DNA of 64,000 nt from Octopus bimaculoides (lineage: Eukaryota): contig NC_068984.1 of NCBI RefSeq assembly GCF_001194135.2, positions 59,183,575 through 59,247,574 on the forward strand, given 5' to 3'. The translations under genes were made by a program, and so were the position numbers. This document shows positions 12,275 to 26,518 of this stretch, in pieces (position 1 is the stretch's first letter; every line of letters starts with the position of its first letter). The notes under the pieces were generated by a model. It had not been told where the DNA came from. It did no database searches and was given only the letters and a program-made list of their open reading frames with translations.

Positions 12275-13092
12275 CTATCAGAGTTGTTCTAAAACTGGGA
12301 TACTACTGAGTTTTATGATATACCACCAAGCACAATCAGTTGTTTTATTATTTTATTTTCTTTCTATAAACTCTGTATGTGTTTAAATATATCTGGTTGA
12401 AATTGACTATGAGATGTGTGAAATTAAATTCATTTTATACATGTCTTTAATATGTAGTTTATTGCCTTATTGTTCTATTTCTGCATCCCAAGTTATAATT
12501 ATTTACATTCTTTGGGTATATTCTATTTAAAAATTGAATGATTCTAACACTACACCAGTTGGTTATTAAACACATTTTGGATCACCAGTTTTAATCAACT
12601 TACTTTGTGTCAGGAATAATCTTGGTCAAGATATCATATCAAATTACAATACATTTTATAAATTTGCAAATCTGAATAAGTTTGTAAACCACAAGGAGAC
12701 AACCCTGTCATTTTGAGCAAAGCTTACACAGTTATCTAAATATGTACTTTACTAAGTGATTTTTGGCAACTCTACCAAACCAGGTCCCTTAAATTCTTCT
12801 CTTTATTTCTTATTTTACATAAGTTTGAGAGAAAAGTTGAAGAATTTCTTCTTTTAACTGTCTCATTCAGCATCAGTTATTTCTTTCCTAGATATTAACT
12901 TGTTCCACAGAAGAATCAGCATCTATAACTCATAAGATTTATTTTTCTGTTGTAATTTTGCTGATTTTAAAAACCCTTTTTGGGGGAAATATATAATTAT
13001 ATTACTTTTTGGTCTTAATTACTTCGTGAAATTTTTCTTTTTAACTTTTTTTTTTAATTGCCTCAAATATTCTGAATTTCTGTGATCTATTG

Positions 13093-13127
<35 letters not shown>

Positions 13128-13541
13128 AACACCATCTTGAATAAAAGCGAAGTATGAATGCTATCAGTAAAAAAGAAAAAAATCTTTTATGTATGAAATC
13201 ATTTCAAGTTTGCTGTTTTCTTTTTTTTATGGTTTTTTTAGCCTAGGTAGCGGAAGAAGTTCTAAGGGAGATAATTCCCCTAATTCAAAGTAAGTATTAA
13301 GTATGGAGAAACATCTACCCATGTCATTTGATATGATGTTTTACCCTCAGACACCTCCATGTATCCATGTAGTTGATTTTTATCTTTTGGCAGTGTATAC
13401 TTGTGTTTTTGCTTGTCTGTATGTGTGTGTATAGATGTGTATATATGAATGCATGTGTGTCTATATGTACATATGTGTGTGTTTGCATAAACATGTGTGT
13501 GTATATATGTGTATATATGTATATGTGTGTGTGTGTGTATG

Positions 13542-13575
<34 letters not shown>

Positions 13576-13919
13576 CACTCACAAATGAGTGTGTGTGTGT
13601 GTATATATGTGTATATACATATGAATATGTATGCATGTATGTCTGTGTTTTTGTGTGTGTGGAGATATATATATATATGTATGCACACACACACACACAC
13701 ATACACACATATATATATAGGCACACATTCACACATGCACAAAGACATGCTTCCAAAGAACAGGCAGTCATCATATGGTTTCATAAAGGTGGGGAAATAG
13801 TGTGCTACATGTTTCATAGCCTGAATATTAGAACATACTTCCACTTTTGGTGTCTTTTGGCTTCAGTGAATGAATGTACTTTTGATTTATTGTGCAGGGC
13901 TGTATAAGCATTTATAACT

Positions 13920-13953
<34 letters not shown>

Positions 13954-14152
13954 NNNNNNNNNNNNNNNNNNNNNNNNNNNNNNNNNNNNNNNNNNNNNNN
14001 NNNNNNNNNNNNNNNNNNNNNNNNNNNNNNNNNNNNNNNNNNNNNNNNNNNNNNNNNNNNNNNNNNNNNNNNNNNNNNNNNNNNNNNNNNNNNNNNNNNN
14101 NNNNNNNNNNNNNNNNNNNNNNNNNNNNNNNNNNNNNNNNNNNNNNNNTATA

Positions 14153-14186
<34 letters not shown>

Positions 14187-14642
14187 GTTGGGCATGCCTT
14201 TTCAAGCAATTATCATATTATTACACTATTTAATTTTGTATCTGCATGTTTTACTCTGTCTGCTTGGACTGTCTTAATATCTCTGCTCGTCTTCATGTAG
14301 AGATGTATGTCTTTATTTCTCCAGAAACATTGTTTATATATATATTCATGCATACATACATATATACATATGCATACATACATATATATGAGCAATCAAA
14401 TCATAAATTAAGGAATACTTAATGCAAATGTTTCATTAAACTAATAACTTTTTGTGTGGTTTGATAATTTCACATTTTATATCATTTAGTCATTAGACTG
14501 TGACCATGCTGGAGCACCACCTTGCAAAATGTAATGTTGTTCAGCATTTTTGTCTGGTGCTTTAATAATTCTGCCAGCTCGCCACCTATTTTTTTATGTA
14601 GTCATTTTTAATTGATATAGCCATGGACATGCACATGCACAT

Positions 14643-14678
<36 letters not shown>

Positions 14679-14769
14679 ACACACATGCACAAACTTATAG
14701 AGATGTATGTATGAATATTCATATGCATATATCCATAAATATGTATATTTGTATGAGTGTGTATTTATA

Positions 14770-15673
14770 TCCACTACATATATGGGAAATTCTGTTGGTA
14801 GGTGTGTTTGTGGAGTTGTTAGCTAACTCCTACATTGTTTTATCGATTTTGATGAAACTTGACACGTGAGTACAACTCATGTCTGGAAACCTCATGGTAT
14901 ACTCAGATTGTTGAAAAAATTGATAATTGGGCACCTGGAAGGGATCCTTATATATATCTAATATATTCTATTTTAAAAACCAAGGGAAATAACCTATAGA
15001 AGGGATCTTTATATATAGTCAAGGAAAATAACCCATTCATTTTCCTAAATTATTTGGTAAAAATGAAATTGAGTATGCTTATTTCTTAGTATTTGAATTG
15101 TTAGAGTTATGTTTGCAATTTATCCAGTACAACCCTTAAACAAGTAAATAGTATTTTCCTAACAATAGATCCACTTATTTCAGTTAGTGACTTATTCACA
15201 AATATACTAACACTAGCGCCCCTAAGGGTAATATTCTCTGGGAATGCACAAAAGCCCTTTTCAGAGTTATTTACTTTGAATTGTTATTCTCTCATATCTC
15301 ATTGAACTGTTATTACATAACATGCTTCACGATTTTAGTATATATACCTTATTATTATTTCCTCCTATGTTCTGTATACTCTGGGAATGTATTAAAGCCC
15401 TTTTTGGCGCTACTTTATTTGAATTCTTACTATCGGGTAACTAATTTCATGTTATTACATAACTGACTTCACAATTTGGGTATTCTTAATTTACTGGGAA
15501 TGCCTAAAAACAAGATCCCGTGTAAGACAGTTCGGTATTCTCTGTAAATGCACAAAAACCGTTTTAAGGGCTACATATTTTGTATTGTTGTTATTGGATT
15601 AGCGAAGCAATTATGAGAACAGAACCACAGGATAAGCCCTGCTTTCCTGTGAATTACCGGTTATGTCAGCTAG
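14770..15673 (+). mobile_element. Non-autonomous Helitron-like element
   Basis: Starts with TC after A (14769) and ends with CTAG (15670-73) before T, with no TSD. Contains ATCGATTTTGATGAAACTTGACAC and internal CTGGGAATG...AAA subrepeats. Confidence 0.55.
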
Positions 15674-15716
15674 TATATGTTATATGTGTGTGTCTGTGTT
15701 TATATGTATGTGTTTG

Positions 15717-15766
<50 letters not shown>

Positions 15767-16343
15767 TCACAGCTGATGATTCAACTTTACACTGTTATTG
15801 TTCAGAGTTTTGGATGATAAAAAGGATGGATACATACATATACTTTCTTTTTCTCTCTTCTCAATAAATATTTTGTTTCTATTATTACTACTACAACGAC
15901 AGGAAGATTCTTATTTGTAAGAAGGAATATTATAATATTTTTAAAGGTTGTTATCCGTTATCTAATATTTGTGAAACTTAGATTTGCTACCTGTAAACAC
16001 ATTTAAGCCAACTGTTTACTTAAGAGATTTCATTATCAAGCATCAGTGTTTGAATACATACAGTTATGGTAGCAACTACATCTAAAACAAAGAGTAATTC
16101 ATTTTCATTGTAAATTTTCTTTCAACATTATCATTTACTGGCTTTCATTTAATCATAATCTTCTACTTACCATCTACTCCTAAACATGCAAACTGGAAAT
16201 TATTTCCCATTTAGGATTAGGACACAAACTCCCACATCATTTATCTCTGCTATTCATGCCACATTCTGTGTCCCTACAGCAGTGTCTGAGCTTACATAGA
16301 ATCTGTGAATCCACAACTCCTCTGGATATCAGCAAATTTTAAC

Positions 16344-16468
<125 letters not shown>

Positions 16469-16485
16469 TCTCTCTCTCTCTCTCT

Positions 16486-16516
<31 letters not shown>

Positions 16517-17861
16517 TGCACACATGTCATCATCTTTAGTGGCTACAGACAAATTTTTCCAACACCTTTCACACTGACCCTGCACAGGCTGAATTTGTTG
16601 TTATACTACAATATAACTAATACTTCCTGACACTTTCTCATTGCCAAACCCAACTGTTACAAAACTTTCTACATAGGGTGCCTCCCAAAAATGTATACAC
16701 ACTTTAACAGATGATAATTGAACTTGCCTATTTTCAACAACCTGATTTCATTAGCAGTTTAAAATATTTCACCTTTTTAATTCATTTTTGCACACAAGAA
16801 GGTACAAATTTTGATTGGTTATTAAGAAGAGAGTGATTATGATATACTTCATAACATTCAGAAATGCAAAGCAGACATGGCCTGTTGGAATCATTCTGAG
16901 CTTTAGAAAGACATTATACTGCATCTGATGTCCAAGTTTGAATCGTCAGCTTTGAATTTACAGATAATTGTAAACAAACTCATATCAGTTGAAAGTAAAA
17001 AAATTTTAATGTAGATTGTTACATAATTTGAAGGGATTTGAGGTTAAACTAATCTGTGATCTCAGAACTGTGCTCATTTTGGCAGAGTACTGTAAATAAT
17101 TCCATTAGTAATACATTTGGAGTTGAGGGGACATTCATTTACGCAATTGTAAGTTTATAAATGAATTACTAAATTTTACATAGTTCATGTTTGAGGAAAA
17201 TTGTGAAAATTTTGTAGTACTTGTGGTGCAGAAAGAGTGATTTCATGATTTTTATTACAAATTTTTATTACAAATGTGCAAACTTGTTGGTTAAATGAAG
17301 TATAGAACCTATGATATTTCTTTTTTCTATTTTTGTGGTGTTATAACACCACAAAATCTCTTACTATTTCTTTGTTATAGTAATTTGAAGCAGCTGGGAA
17401 AACAGATTTGTTTCAAGGTGTAAAAAATATTTCTAACTAAATAGTGTAAGTACTGTAAGAGTGATTAAAACGTTTGTGTATGTAATAGAGTGATTTGTTC
17501 AGCTTTGTATATGGGGAGAACTGTAAGTTTCTGAACTTAAAAGTGACATCAAAGCTGACAATCTTAATGTTAGGAGAAGGGAAAGAAACATCACCTGGTT
17601 TAAACTTTCTGGCAACCAACAAATATTTACAAGTGAAACCAAACACTTTTACAGAAAACACTTCTTGAAATATTTAACAATAGTTCCCAAAAGATGTACT
17701 AAATACAAACTGAAATTCTAAATATGAGGTCTTGATAACTAATGTACCATTTATAGAATGAAGAAGTAGATACTTCTCTAATTCTATTAGAGATTCAGCT
17801 GTAAGAACAAGGTCATTAGCATAGAGGAGCTCCCTTGGGCAACCAATTTTAAATTCCTCTG

Positions 17862-18135
17862 TTATGGGCTAAAAACCAATCTTTGGTGAACTCCTACTTG
17901 CACACTAAATTTGCTGTTGTACTCATTGCCGACTTTTACCTCACTGACAGCATCCCTGTACATGGCTTGGAAGGCTCTCACCAACCACTCATCTATCCCT
18001 AACTCACACATTGACCAACAGATGCGGGAGCCAGGAACCCTGTCTAAGGCATTCTCCACCTCAACAACTACCAAGTACAGTGGTTTATCTTTCACTAAAT
18101 GCTTCTCCTGCAGTTGCCTATCATTGGATTGCAAC
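17862..18135 (-). mobile_element. RTE-type reverse transcriptase fragment
   Basis: Translation QEKHLVKDKPLYLVVVEVENALDRVP...LGIDEWLVRAFQAMYRDAVSEVKVGNEY...VGVHQR, a degenerate version of non-LTR RT motifs (KAFDRV...GVxQG). Confidence 0.85.
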
Positions 18136-18139
18136 CATG

Positions 18140-18470
18140 ATGAGTTACCATTTTGAAGGGATTGCTTTAGTCAAGCAGATTTCCCAGGAACTCATTTTCC
18201 TAAGTCTGGTACTTATTCTGTTGATCTCTTTTTGCTGAACCACTAAGTTATGGAGATATAAACAAACCAACACTGGTTGTCAATCAGTGAGGGGCAGGGG
18301 AAAAACACAGGTACAGAGACACACACAAAACAGGCTTCCACACAGTTTCTATCTGCCAAATTCACTTATAAGACATTGATTGGTCTGGAGTTAAAATAGA
18401 AGACACTTGCTCAAGGTGTTATGCAGTAGAACTCAACCTATAACTATGGTTGCAAGCAAGCTTCTTAACT
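18140..18470 (-). mobile_element. Degenerate 31225-type SINE abutting the RT fragment
   Basis: GTACTTATTCT...CTTTTTGCTGAACCACTAAGTTA...GAAGACACTTGCTCAAGGTG. Confidence 0.65.
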
Positions 18471-21400
18471 GCTCAATATCTTTTTAATGCATATTTTCCC
18501 TTTCTGCACAAAGTGTGCCAAGATATACTTGATCAAAGATTCACTACAAATAAAAAAAAAAAACAGATTAGGTACTGAGTACTCTTAAGTTACGAGTTTA
18601 GAAATAAATGGATCAAGCTGGATATATTTGCAATATTTATTGTCACTTTGGTTAAATGAATCGATTACAGGAGAGCTATGTTTCCATAAAGGTAAATTTG
18701 TGGCTTGATTAATTTTTATCATAATCACAAATAAAATATATTTACTAACTACACCTGGTTTGCTCTTTACCATTTAAAGAGCCTACACTTGGTCTCAGCT
18801 TGAAAGTTATTCTTCAAGTTTTTAATATGATTTGAGATATACATGATACTAAACATTCAGTTTGTCTATTTTAAGTTTGATGGCTAATATATAGGCTTCT
18901 TAATTAATTTTATGTGCTGTTATTTGTTTTTCTATATGTGTTTGTAATATTTGAAGGCAGCCTTGAACATATTGGTATGTCAATCCCATAAAGATCTTTT
19001 TTTGTCTTGTCAATGTGAGAAAATATATTACAAGAGCATTGAGCATTATTCTGTATTTTTTTAATGCTCTTGAATGGTGCACGTGTAAGAATGAAATCAT
19101 ACCTTTTTTTTTTTTTATCTCAAATAGCTTCTCAGAATTCTCTAATAATTTATTACACAAGGTACAATTTCTTTGTCCTAAAGCCTTATCTTTGATCATC
19201 AGAGGCATCAGTTGAGTTGTTGTCCAGTATATTCTCTTTATCAAAATTTCAACTTGTTAAAAGCATAAAAATATATTCTTTTGTGAATATATTACCAGGT
19301 GCTGGTATGTCCTTAGATAGAAGTCGCTTGTATGTGCAAAGTACTTAATAATAAAGAAGCATTTATATGTACATGAAACTATATATATATCTATCTATCT
19401 ATGTACACAAACACACACACACACACACAAGTGTAAGGAAAAAGAATTCAATACATAAAATAGGATTAAAAGTAATAATGTCAGTGATTTTATTTCTATA
19501 AATGATTCTAAAATTAGCATTACCTTATATGCCAGAAAATTTTTACTCTCTTTTGAAGGCAGTGTTTTAGCTGGACAAGTTTTTTGATGCAGTCTTTAAA
19601 TAATATAAGTGAGGTTTGTGGGCTGATGGAATTATATCTTAAACTCTCTGATGAAGGAATTCTACCTCACAGGCTTCAGACTTTATAGAAATGTTGGCTT
19701 GTTGACTTTTTCTTCATGAATGGCTATCAGTGACAGGCCTAGGAAAGACATTTTTTAATGCATTTAAAGAGCTGAGCTTAAGAATTACAAGTATTACCAA
19801 TATCATATAGTTAATTTTAGATTTTATGCTGGACATAAATACATCTAAATATTGCCCTTATAGAAAACCAAATGAAAAATTGCCCTTACTGGAAGCCAAA
19901 TGAAAATATATTAAGTCCTCCAGCCTTGCTCCTGTAGTTTTCAAGAATTTAGTGAATAAAATTAGCTCTTACATTTTGTCAAATGTTTTAACTATGCATC
20001 ACCCTAATATAACAATTCATTGAAAGGGAGTGGATTCCATAAGGGAATACAATATATACTATACTGAACAACTCATAAAGCCATAAAAAAGACACAAGCA
20101 TTATATCACCCCTAACTTCATCCTCCTTACAGTATGGGTGTGGCATCCAATAGCACCAAAACCTTCTTGAACCTTATACTGGGGTACTTCTCTACACATG
20201 CTACAAAATATTTAACAAAAGCTCCATGAAAGTTGTACTAGCATCATAAAGTATTTGATTTCTGATGTGAACAGGAGAAATTACAATAATTTCTTTGGTC
20301 AGTTGACTAACCACAACAGAATTTTGTCCAATATCAATTCATATTTACTTGATAGCAAATACCTGAGCTACAAGGAAATTCACAGACCACAAGGAACAAT
20401 TTTATTTAAGCTTAACTGAATACACATTTAAGATTAGATACACAAAGGAAGCATATTCTTTTAGGCATGCAATGAAAAGAAACATCACCTCTTAACACAG
20501 CACATTTGGAGACTGTAATATGATGGCACTAGAAACTTCAAGATACTATGGTCAATGATACAATTTGCCAAACCACCATTTAAAGGATTTAGGCTGTAGT
20601 GCTTATGTAACTGAGAAAAATTCTTCATACTGGTGTCTCCTTTCAACTTATTGAATTCTAGGAATGAATTATTTTTGAAATTTCATCACCAAAAATAGTT
20701 TATTCTACAAAAACTTTATTTTTACCTACAGACTGAATTATAAATATTATGAATATGAATATTTAGAGTTCTAAATATGAATATATAGTATTCTCCTCCC
20801 TCTACTAGCTAAATGTTGTTCAGAAATATATCATAGGAAACTGAATGCTATTAGTAAGTTTGATTCTTGTCTGTTGAATCTTGTACATCCTATTACCTTA
20901 TTTTATTCCATATTCATTTATTTATTTAAGCACTAATTAGCTGTTTTTGCTGAACTGTTTGTATATATATCTCTCTCTGTTCCTCAAAATTTTCTTTTAC
21001 ATTTTTTCACACTACAGTAGCATTTCTCTTTCTTCTTTCCTCTATTCTTCAGTACTTCATAAACTTCACTACTTTCTCTTCTCTGATTTTTTGTCACTCT
21101 ATTCAATCAGTCATGTTACATAATCACAACCCCTATATTTTCTTATTCACATTCATGTTTCTCCCTAATAATTATACCGTCTCTCCATAACTTTATTGTT
21201 GTCAATTATGCCTACTTTATCATAGATTAAATATCTCTTCTTTCTTTCTCTATCCTCTTTGAAACTTTTCTCATTATGTCCTTTTTTTTTCTCTAAGCTC
21301 TTTTTCTTAGTCTTCTTCAATATGGGCTTCATTATTTCACAGATTTCTATCTATAATTTTTTGTTTCATTTCTGTCATAATATTTCAATACCTTATCAAC

Positions 21401-21549
21401 TATTAAGTTTGGAATGTTAAATTTAAAAAACAAAGCTTCATTTTGGACATCTATGTAGGACTTATATAAATAAGCCTGGAATTTATTATGAAGCCTTTAG
21501 TTGTAACATTAATCCTATATTATATACTTTTTCTTTATGATATATATAT

Positions 21550-21551
<2 letters not shown>

Positions 21552-21585
<34 letters not shown>

Positions 21586-21886
21586 GTTTAACGTCCGCTT
21601 CCCATGCGATTTGACTGGGGACTGGTGAACCAGATGGTTGCACCAGGCTCCAATCTGATCTGGCAGAGTTTCTACTGCTGGATGTCCTTCCTAATGCCAA
21701 CCACTCTGAGAGTGTAGAGGGTGCTTTTATGTGCCACCGGCACGAGGGCCAGTCAGGTGGTACTGGCAACGGCCACACTCAAATTTTTACATGCCACCTG
21801 CACAGGAGCCAGTCCAGTGGCACTGGTGACCTCGCTCAAATATTTTTTCACATGCCACCGGCACAAGTGCCAGTAAGGTGACGCTG
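21552..21886 (-). mobile_element. Copy of the (GAT)n-tailed repeat family
   Basis: (CAT)n-CGTTTAACGTCCGC...CTGGATGTCCTTCCTAATGCCAACCAC, with three ATGCCACC subrepeats. Confidence 0.75.
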
Positions 21887-21925
21887 GTATATATATATAT
21901 ATATATACACACACACATATATATA

Positions 21926-22091
21926 TGTACATATAAATACATACATATATATGTATACACACACACATGATACATGTACATATAAATACATACATACATA
22001 CATATATACACACACATGATACATGTACATATAAATACATACATACATACATATATACACACACATGATACATGTACATATAAATACATAC

Positions 22092-22105
<14 letters not shown>
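21926..22105. repeat. 49-bp-period minisatellite built from microsatellite motifs
   Basis: TGTACATATAAATACATAC recurs at 21926, 21975, 22024 and 22073. Confidence 0.9.
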
Positions 22106-22182
<77 letters not shown>

Positions 22183-22410
22183 TATGATACATATACATAC
22201 ACCCATGAACACACACATATATGTATTATATGTCTTTATCAATGATGTATCATGAAAAAAGTTCAGCTATGGATAATAGCATATAATACTTTGGGTTAAT
22301 CCTTTGAGTGGAAAAAAAAAGGCAGAAAGCTATGTGCAGGATTCAAACTATGCATCTTCTCTAACCCAGACACACATGCTACAAATGAACTTAAACAGTC
22401 CACTCCCTCC

Positions 22411-22810
22411 CATCATCATCATCATTTAACGTCCGTTTTCCATGCTAGCATGGGTTGGACGATTTGACTGAGGCCTGGTGAACCAGATGGCTACACCAGG
22501 CTCCAATCTGATTTGGCAAAGTTTCTACAGCTGGATGCCCTTCCTAACGCCAACCACTCCAAGAGTGTAGCGGGTGCTTTTACGTGCCACCGGCAAGAAG
22601 GTCAGTCAGGTGGTACTGGCAACGGCCATGCTCAAAATGATGTATTTTATGTGCCACTTGCACAGGAGCCAGTCCAGCGGCACTGGCAACGATCTCACTC
22701 GAATGACTTTTCACATGCCACCAACACAAGTGCCAGGAACGCGAAGCTGTGGCACAAGTGTCAGAAAGGCAATGCTGGTAACGATCACGCTCGAACGATG
22801 GTGCCATCAC
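22411..22810 (-). mobile_element. Copy of the (GAT)n-tailed repeat family
   Basis: Same diagnostic blocks as 5470 and 21552. Confidence 0.75.
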
Positions 22811-23353
22811 AATTTCGCTTTCCCATCTTCCATCAGATTAGATGCTTTTATTTTACCAGTGAGAAAGTATGTTTATATTCAGACTACTAATATTTTCTTC
22901 CTGGTAAAATTGTTTAAAGTGCTTAATTTGAGGAAAGAAAGATGAGTAAGATGCTGCTTTAGTGTAATTGTTAGCACTTCTGTTTGGATTACAGTAGATG
23001 CATGGTTTTGAGTCTTACATGTAACTTTCTGTGTTTTTTATTTTTTTTCATCCAAGACCTCTTTACCCCAGTTGTAATATAAGCTCTTATTTATAGCTGA
23101 ATTCACTTCAAGACACATTAATTACAAGGACTTATATTTCTCATTGCATACACTTCCATATACATACATTCTATCACATTATAGTGTTGCAACTGTTCAT
23201 TATACAACTGCTTTATATGGAATCCTCGCCTGCTATTGTACTTGATATTGTAAACCTTATAGTAAACATTTTATAGACAATAGAACTGTTTCAATATATG
23301 GGCATAGTTTCTCAGTACATGCAATATACTGAAAACAACACTATATTACTGTA

Positions 23354-23388
<35 letters not shown>

Positions 23389-23956
23389 AAGGGAGATATG
23401 GAGAAAATTTAACAGTGGGGACTGGAATAATGAATAATTTTGGGTAATTTTTGAAATATCTAATAAGCTATTTTCATTTGAAAAAATTGCTTAAATTATA
23501 AAGACACTTTCTGAAAGTAACAGATATTTTTTTAAGCTTGTCAAAGAAATCAACTTTCTTTATCAGACTAAGATTAACTTCAGCTTGTAGCAAGCATGAC
23601 TACATAGAAATTCATTTTTCAAGAAATTGTACTTTTTATTTGAAATTTTAATTTTTTCATGTTCAGGATCATCAATGGTATTTTTTTTTTTTTCCTTTTT
23701 TATAAGGTTTATTTGTGAAAACGAACAAAATCTTTGAATACAATACATTGAAATCAACATGCATGTTAAAATTTTTGTAACAGTATTCCATTCTTGTGCA
23801 TTTTATTTTGTTGATTAATTGTATTAGAAAATGTGTTGTCTTTAAATATCCCCAAATAGATGTAGTTGATATTTTTCTTTATTGTTGTTGTTTTTATGTA
23901 AATCTTTGAGAAATAAGCTTTAATGATTTCTTTTCATTTTGTTTTGCTTTAATTAG

Positions 23957-24031
23957 TATGGTTGTGAAAAATGATCAACTCTCTCAGAGTAGATCAAAAG
24001 AACTGGATTCTAACAGCGACAGAGAAGAACT
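23957..24031 (+). CDS. RGS17/19/20-like: RZ-family RGS gene, linker exon (xMVVKNDQLSQSRSKELDSNSDREEL)
   Basis: AG acceptor at 23955-56 after a T-rich tract and GTAAGT donor at 24032. 75 nt, open in one frame only, and its phase-2 end joins the 29101 exon in frame (CT|T = Leu). MVVKND...REE resembles LTVRNE...LEE that follows the cysteine string in vertebrate RGS17 (recalled sequence). Confidence 0.65.
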
Positions 24032-24564
24032 GTAAGTATATCAATATGTTAATATAGTCATTGTTGCTGTTCTTGTTGCTTTTTCTGTTACTGTTATTGT
24101 TGTTTCCATTATTTTGAGATGTTCCTGTTTGGACAACTTTTCTCTAACACACATAACCAACCATGAAAAATATTTCATTGACTTTTCCATCTTTATGAAG
24201 TTTAGTTGTAGAGAGAGAGGGAGGGAGGGAGAGAGAGGGAGGGAGAGAGAGGGAGGGAGAGAAAGAAAGAGTGAGATGTCCTGAAATTTTAAGGCTTGCA
24301 CTACATCAAGAATTCTCAACTGGGGTCTTCATGGCCCTTGGATTCCATATAAGATTTGGCTGTTAAAATTTGTCTGAAATAAATCTGTTATACTTCTACA
24401 ATACACAAAATATTCTAACAATTTCTTTTATACAATTCCTAAAAATATTTAATTATAAAGATATAATAGGGCTTTTTACACATCAAATGGTTGAGGGTTC
24501 ATCTGAGTTAAATAGGATTCAAAGAGACCCATGACAGGAAAATGGGTTGAGACTATGTTCCTGT

Positions 24565-25060
24565 CATCATCACTTTTACATCTACTTTACCATGCTTACA
24601 TGTATTGAATGAGTCCTCTCCAACACAACCTCTTACCATTTGTTGCATTTTTTTTTTTGTCAACACCTTTGTGAAGTGTAGTATCTTGAGATCAGCTTCC
24701 ACCACCGAAGTTTTGTTAGTCTTCTTTTTCTAGTTTCCTCCCACTTGATTGTCCCAGCTTTTCTTTACTGTCATCATTCATATACATTACATGTCCACAC
24801 TAACATTACTTATCCAGTGGATCATGTTTAATTTCTTTCCAGCTTTCACACATCCCCTGCATTCAATGCTCATATCTCCCTACCATGCAACTTTATACTT
24901 TGTTCTTAGTCACTGAACAGTATACCCTTAGATTAAGGAGACAATCCTTTTCTTATCAGTAGAGGTAAAAGCTCTTTGATTTTTTTTTCCCACCTTGTTC
25001 TTTCTCTGGTTATTATGCTTTCAGAGTACTGTCCTCCACTGCTCGTTATGAATTACTTCT
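24565..25060 (-). mobile_element. Old RTE-type LINE 3' part (KIKELLPLLIRKGLSL...) ending in a GATGATGA-like tail
   Basis: The minus strand reads ELLPLL.KGLSL, homologous to [10 protein letters not shown] of the 59569 copy; heavily decayed. Confidence 0.55.
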
Positions 25061-25169
25061 ATAGAGGCTGCGGGACATTAGAAAGAATTATTTTACTAGT
25101 GCTCTAGTTGCTAGGTTTTCCTGTGATTTTATTATTTTACTAATCTGCTTTTAGATTTAATGTGTAAAG

Positions 25170-25420
25170 CTTTGTTTCCCAAAGTGGACAGTACTGCCCC
25201 ACCCCTGGGGGTGGTAGAAAGATTCAGTGGGACGTTGGAGAAAAGTTGGGTGATAATAGGGTGGCCAAAAGAGGGTGATGAATGTGAAATACAGATTTTT
25301 TGATTCTGCTGCAGAAAGTGGTCTATGTTTGTGGTGGTGAGTTAGGAAGGGGATGCTAGGGATGTGGCCTGGGTGCCAGGGGGTGGGGGCAGCAGCTTAA
25401 CAAAAGTTTGGGAACCACTG
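25170..25420. mobile_element. hAT-type MITE
   Basis: Ends ...TTCCCAAA / TTTGGGAACCACTG; 8-bp flanks GTGTAAAG (25162-69) and ATGTAAAG (25421-28). Confidence 0.7.
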
Positions 25421-26518
25421 ATGTAAAGCTATCATATATCACTTGAAAAGTATATCCTGATTGCTTGTAACACTTGAGAAAGAATTATACTTTCTTTTGC
25501 AACAAACCTTACTGTTCTGACTTTCTAACTATATAAATACACTTCATCATAAATGTATTCCTGTTTCCACTTAACCTTTTGAGTCAAACTCTATTGATGC
25601 TTCTACTAAAGTAAACAGAACCAGTTTTACAAGATACAAAAGCAATATGTTCAAAATTTCTGTAAAACATCAGATCCTCAATAGGCAAAGTTATGTTCAA
25701 GGCAACATTAAAATTATTTTAAATATCATGTCTAATATGTCTAATGTTTAAATATGATGTCTGCTAATTTAAGGAAGATAATATGAGTTTCACATGCATG
25801 AACAAAGAGTTATGCCCACTTAAATAGAACAGCCATAGAAAAGTAGTAACCTATTTCACTAATGTTAATTCAAATGTAGTTAGTGATAATGACACCACTG
25901 CAATACAATACAATGGAATTATTGAGGGAAGTTTCAAAAACCTTTTCTAAAATTACATTTCACTATTGTGAAACATAAACAAGAAAGAGGAATTGCACCA
26001 TCACTTCAATCTATATACAGATATTGAAAGATAGAATTAATCATTTAAAATTCTTAGAGGATACACTGAACCAAAGCAAATCTTACATTAATGGATCCAG
26101 AATTTGCTGCCTATGTATTATGGAAATGTTCTACAATGAAACTAAATTCAAGACCTCAAATAATTATTTAATAAAAGGTTTGAAATTTTATCCAAATGGC
26201 ATTTACTACATAATATTAATAAATACCTCAGAGCTAATTTTAATCAAACAGTGGAACATAATTAAATACTTGATATTCTAGTGTTGGTCTATATCAGTAT
26301 AAGTGTACAAGTGCATGTACATATAAATGGAAATTAGCAACATGCTCATACAGATGAAGAACACTTAAAACTTTCATTCGAATCACAAGCTGAAGAATAC
26401 TCTATTTAGCAGAGAGGCATGGGAAAAGAATAATTTTTATCTACTACATTATAACAATATATTCTCTCTGCCCGAATTATTTTTATTTGTGAAACCACTT
26501 ACAAATTATATATTCCTT

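Noticed and set aside
15580-15620. CCYW reading as the missing RGS cysteine-string exon
   Set aside because: Only two Cys, no splice signals in frame, and it lies inside the Helitron-like element.
16673-16960. Possible Tc1/mariner MITE end (AGGGTGCCTCCCAAAAATGTATACAC)
   Set aside because: No matching inverted end could be found, so it could not be delimited.
19645-19700. Another CTGATGA...GAAA hammerhead-like motif
   Set aside because: No convincing stems I-III or cleavage triplet geometry; at most a decayed remnant.
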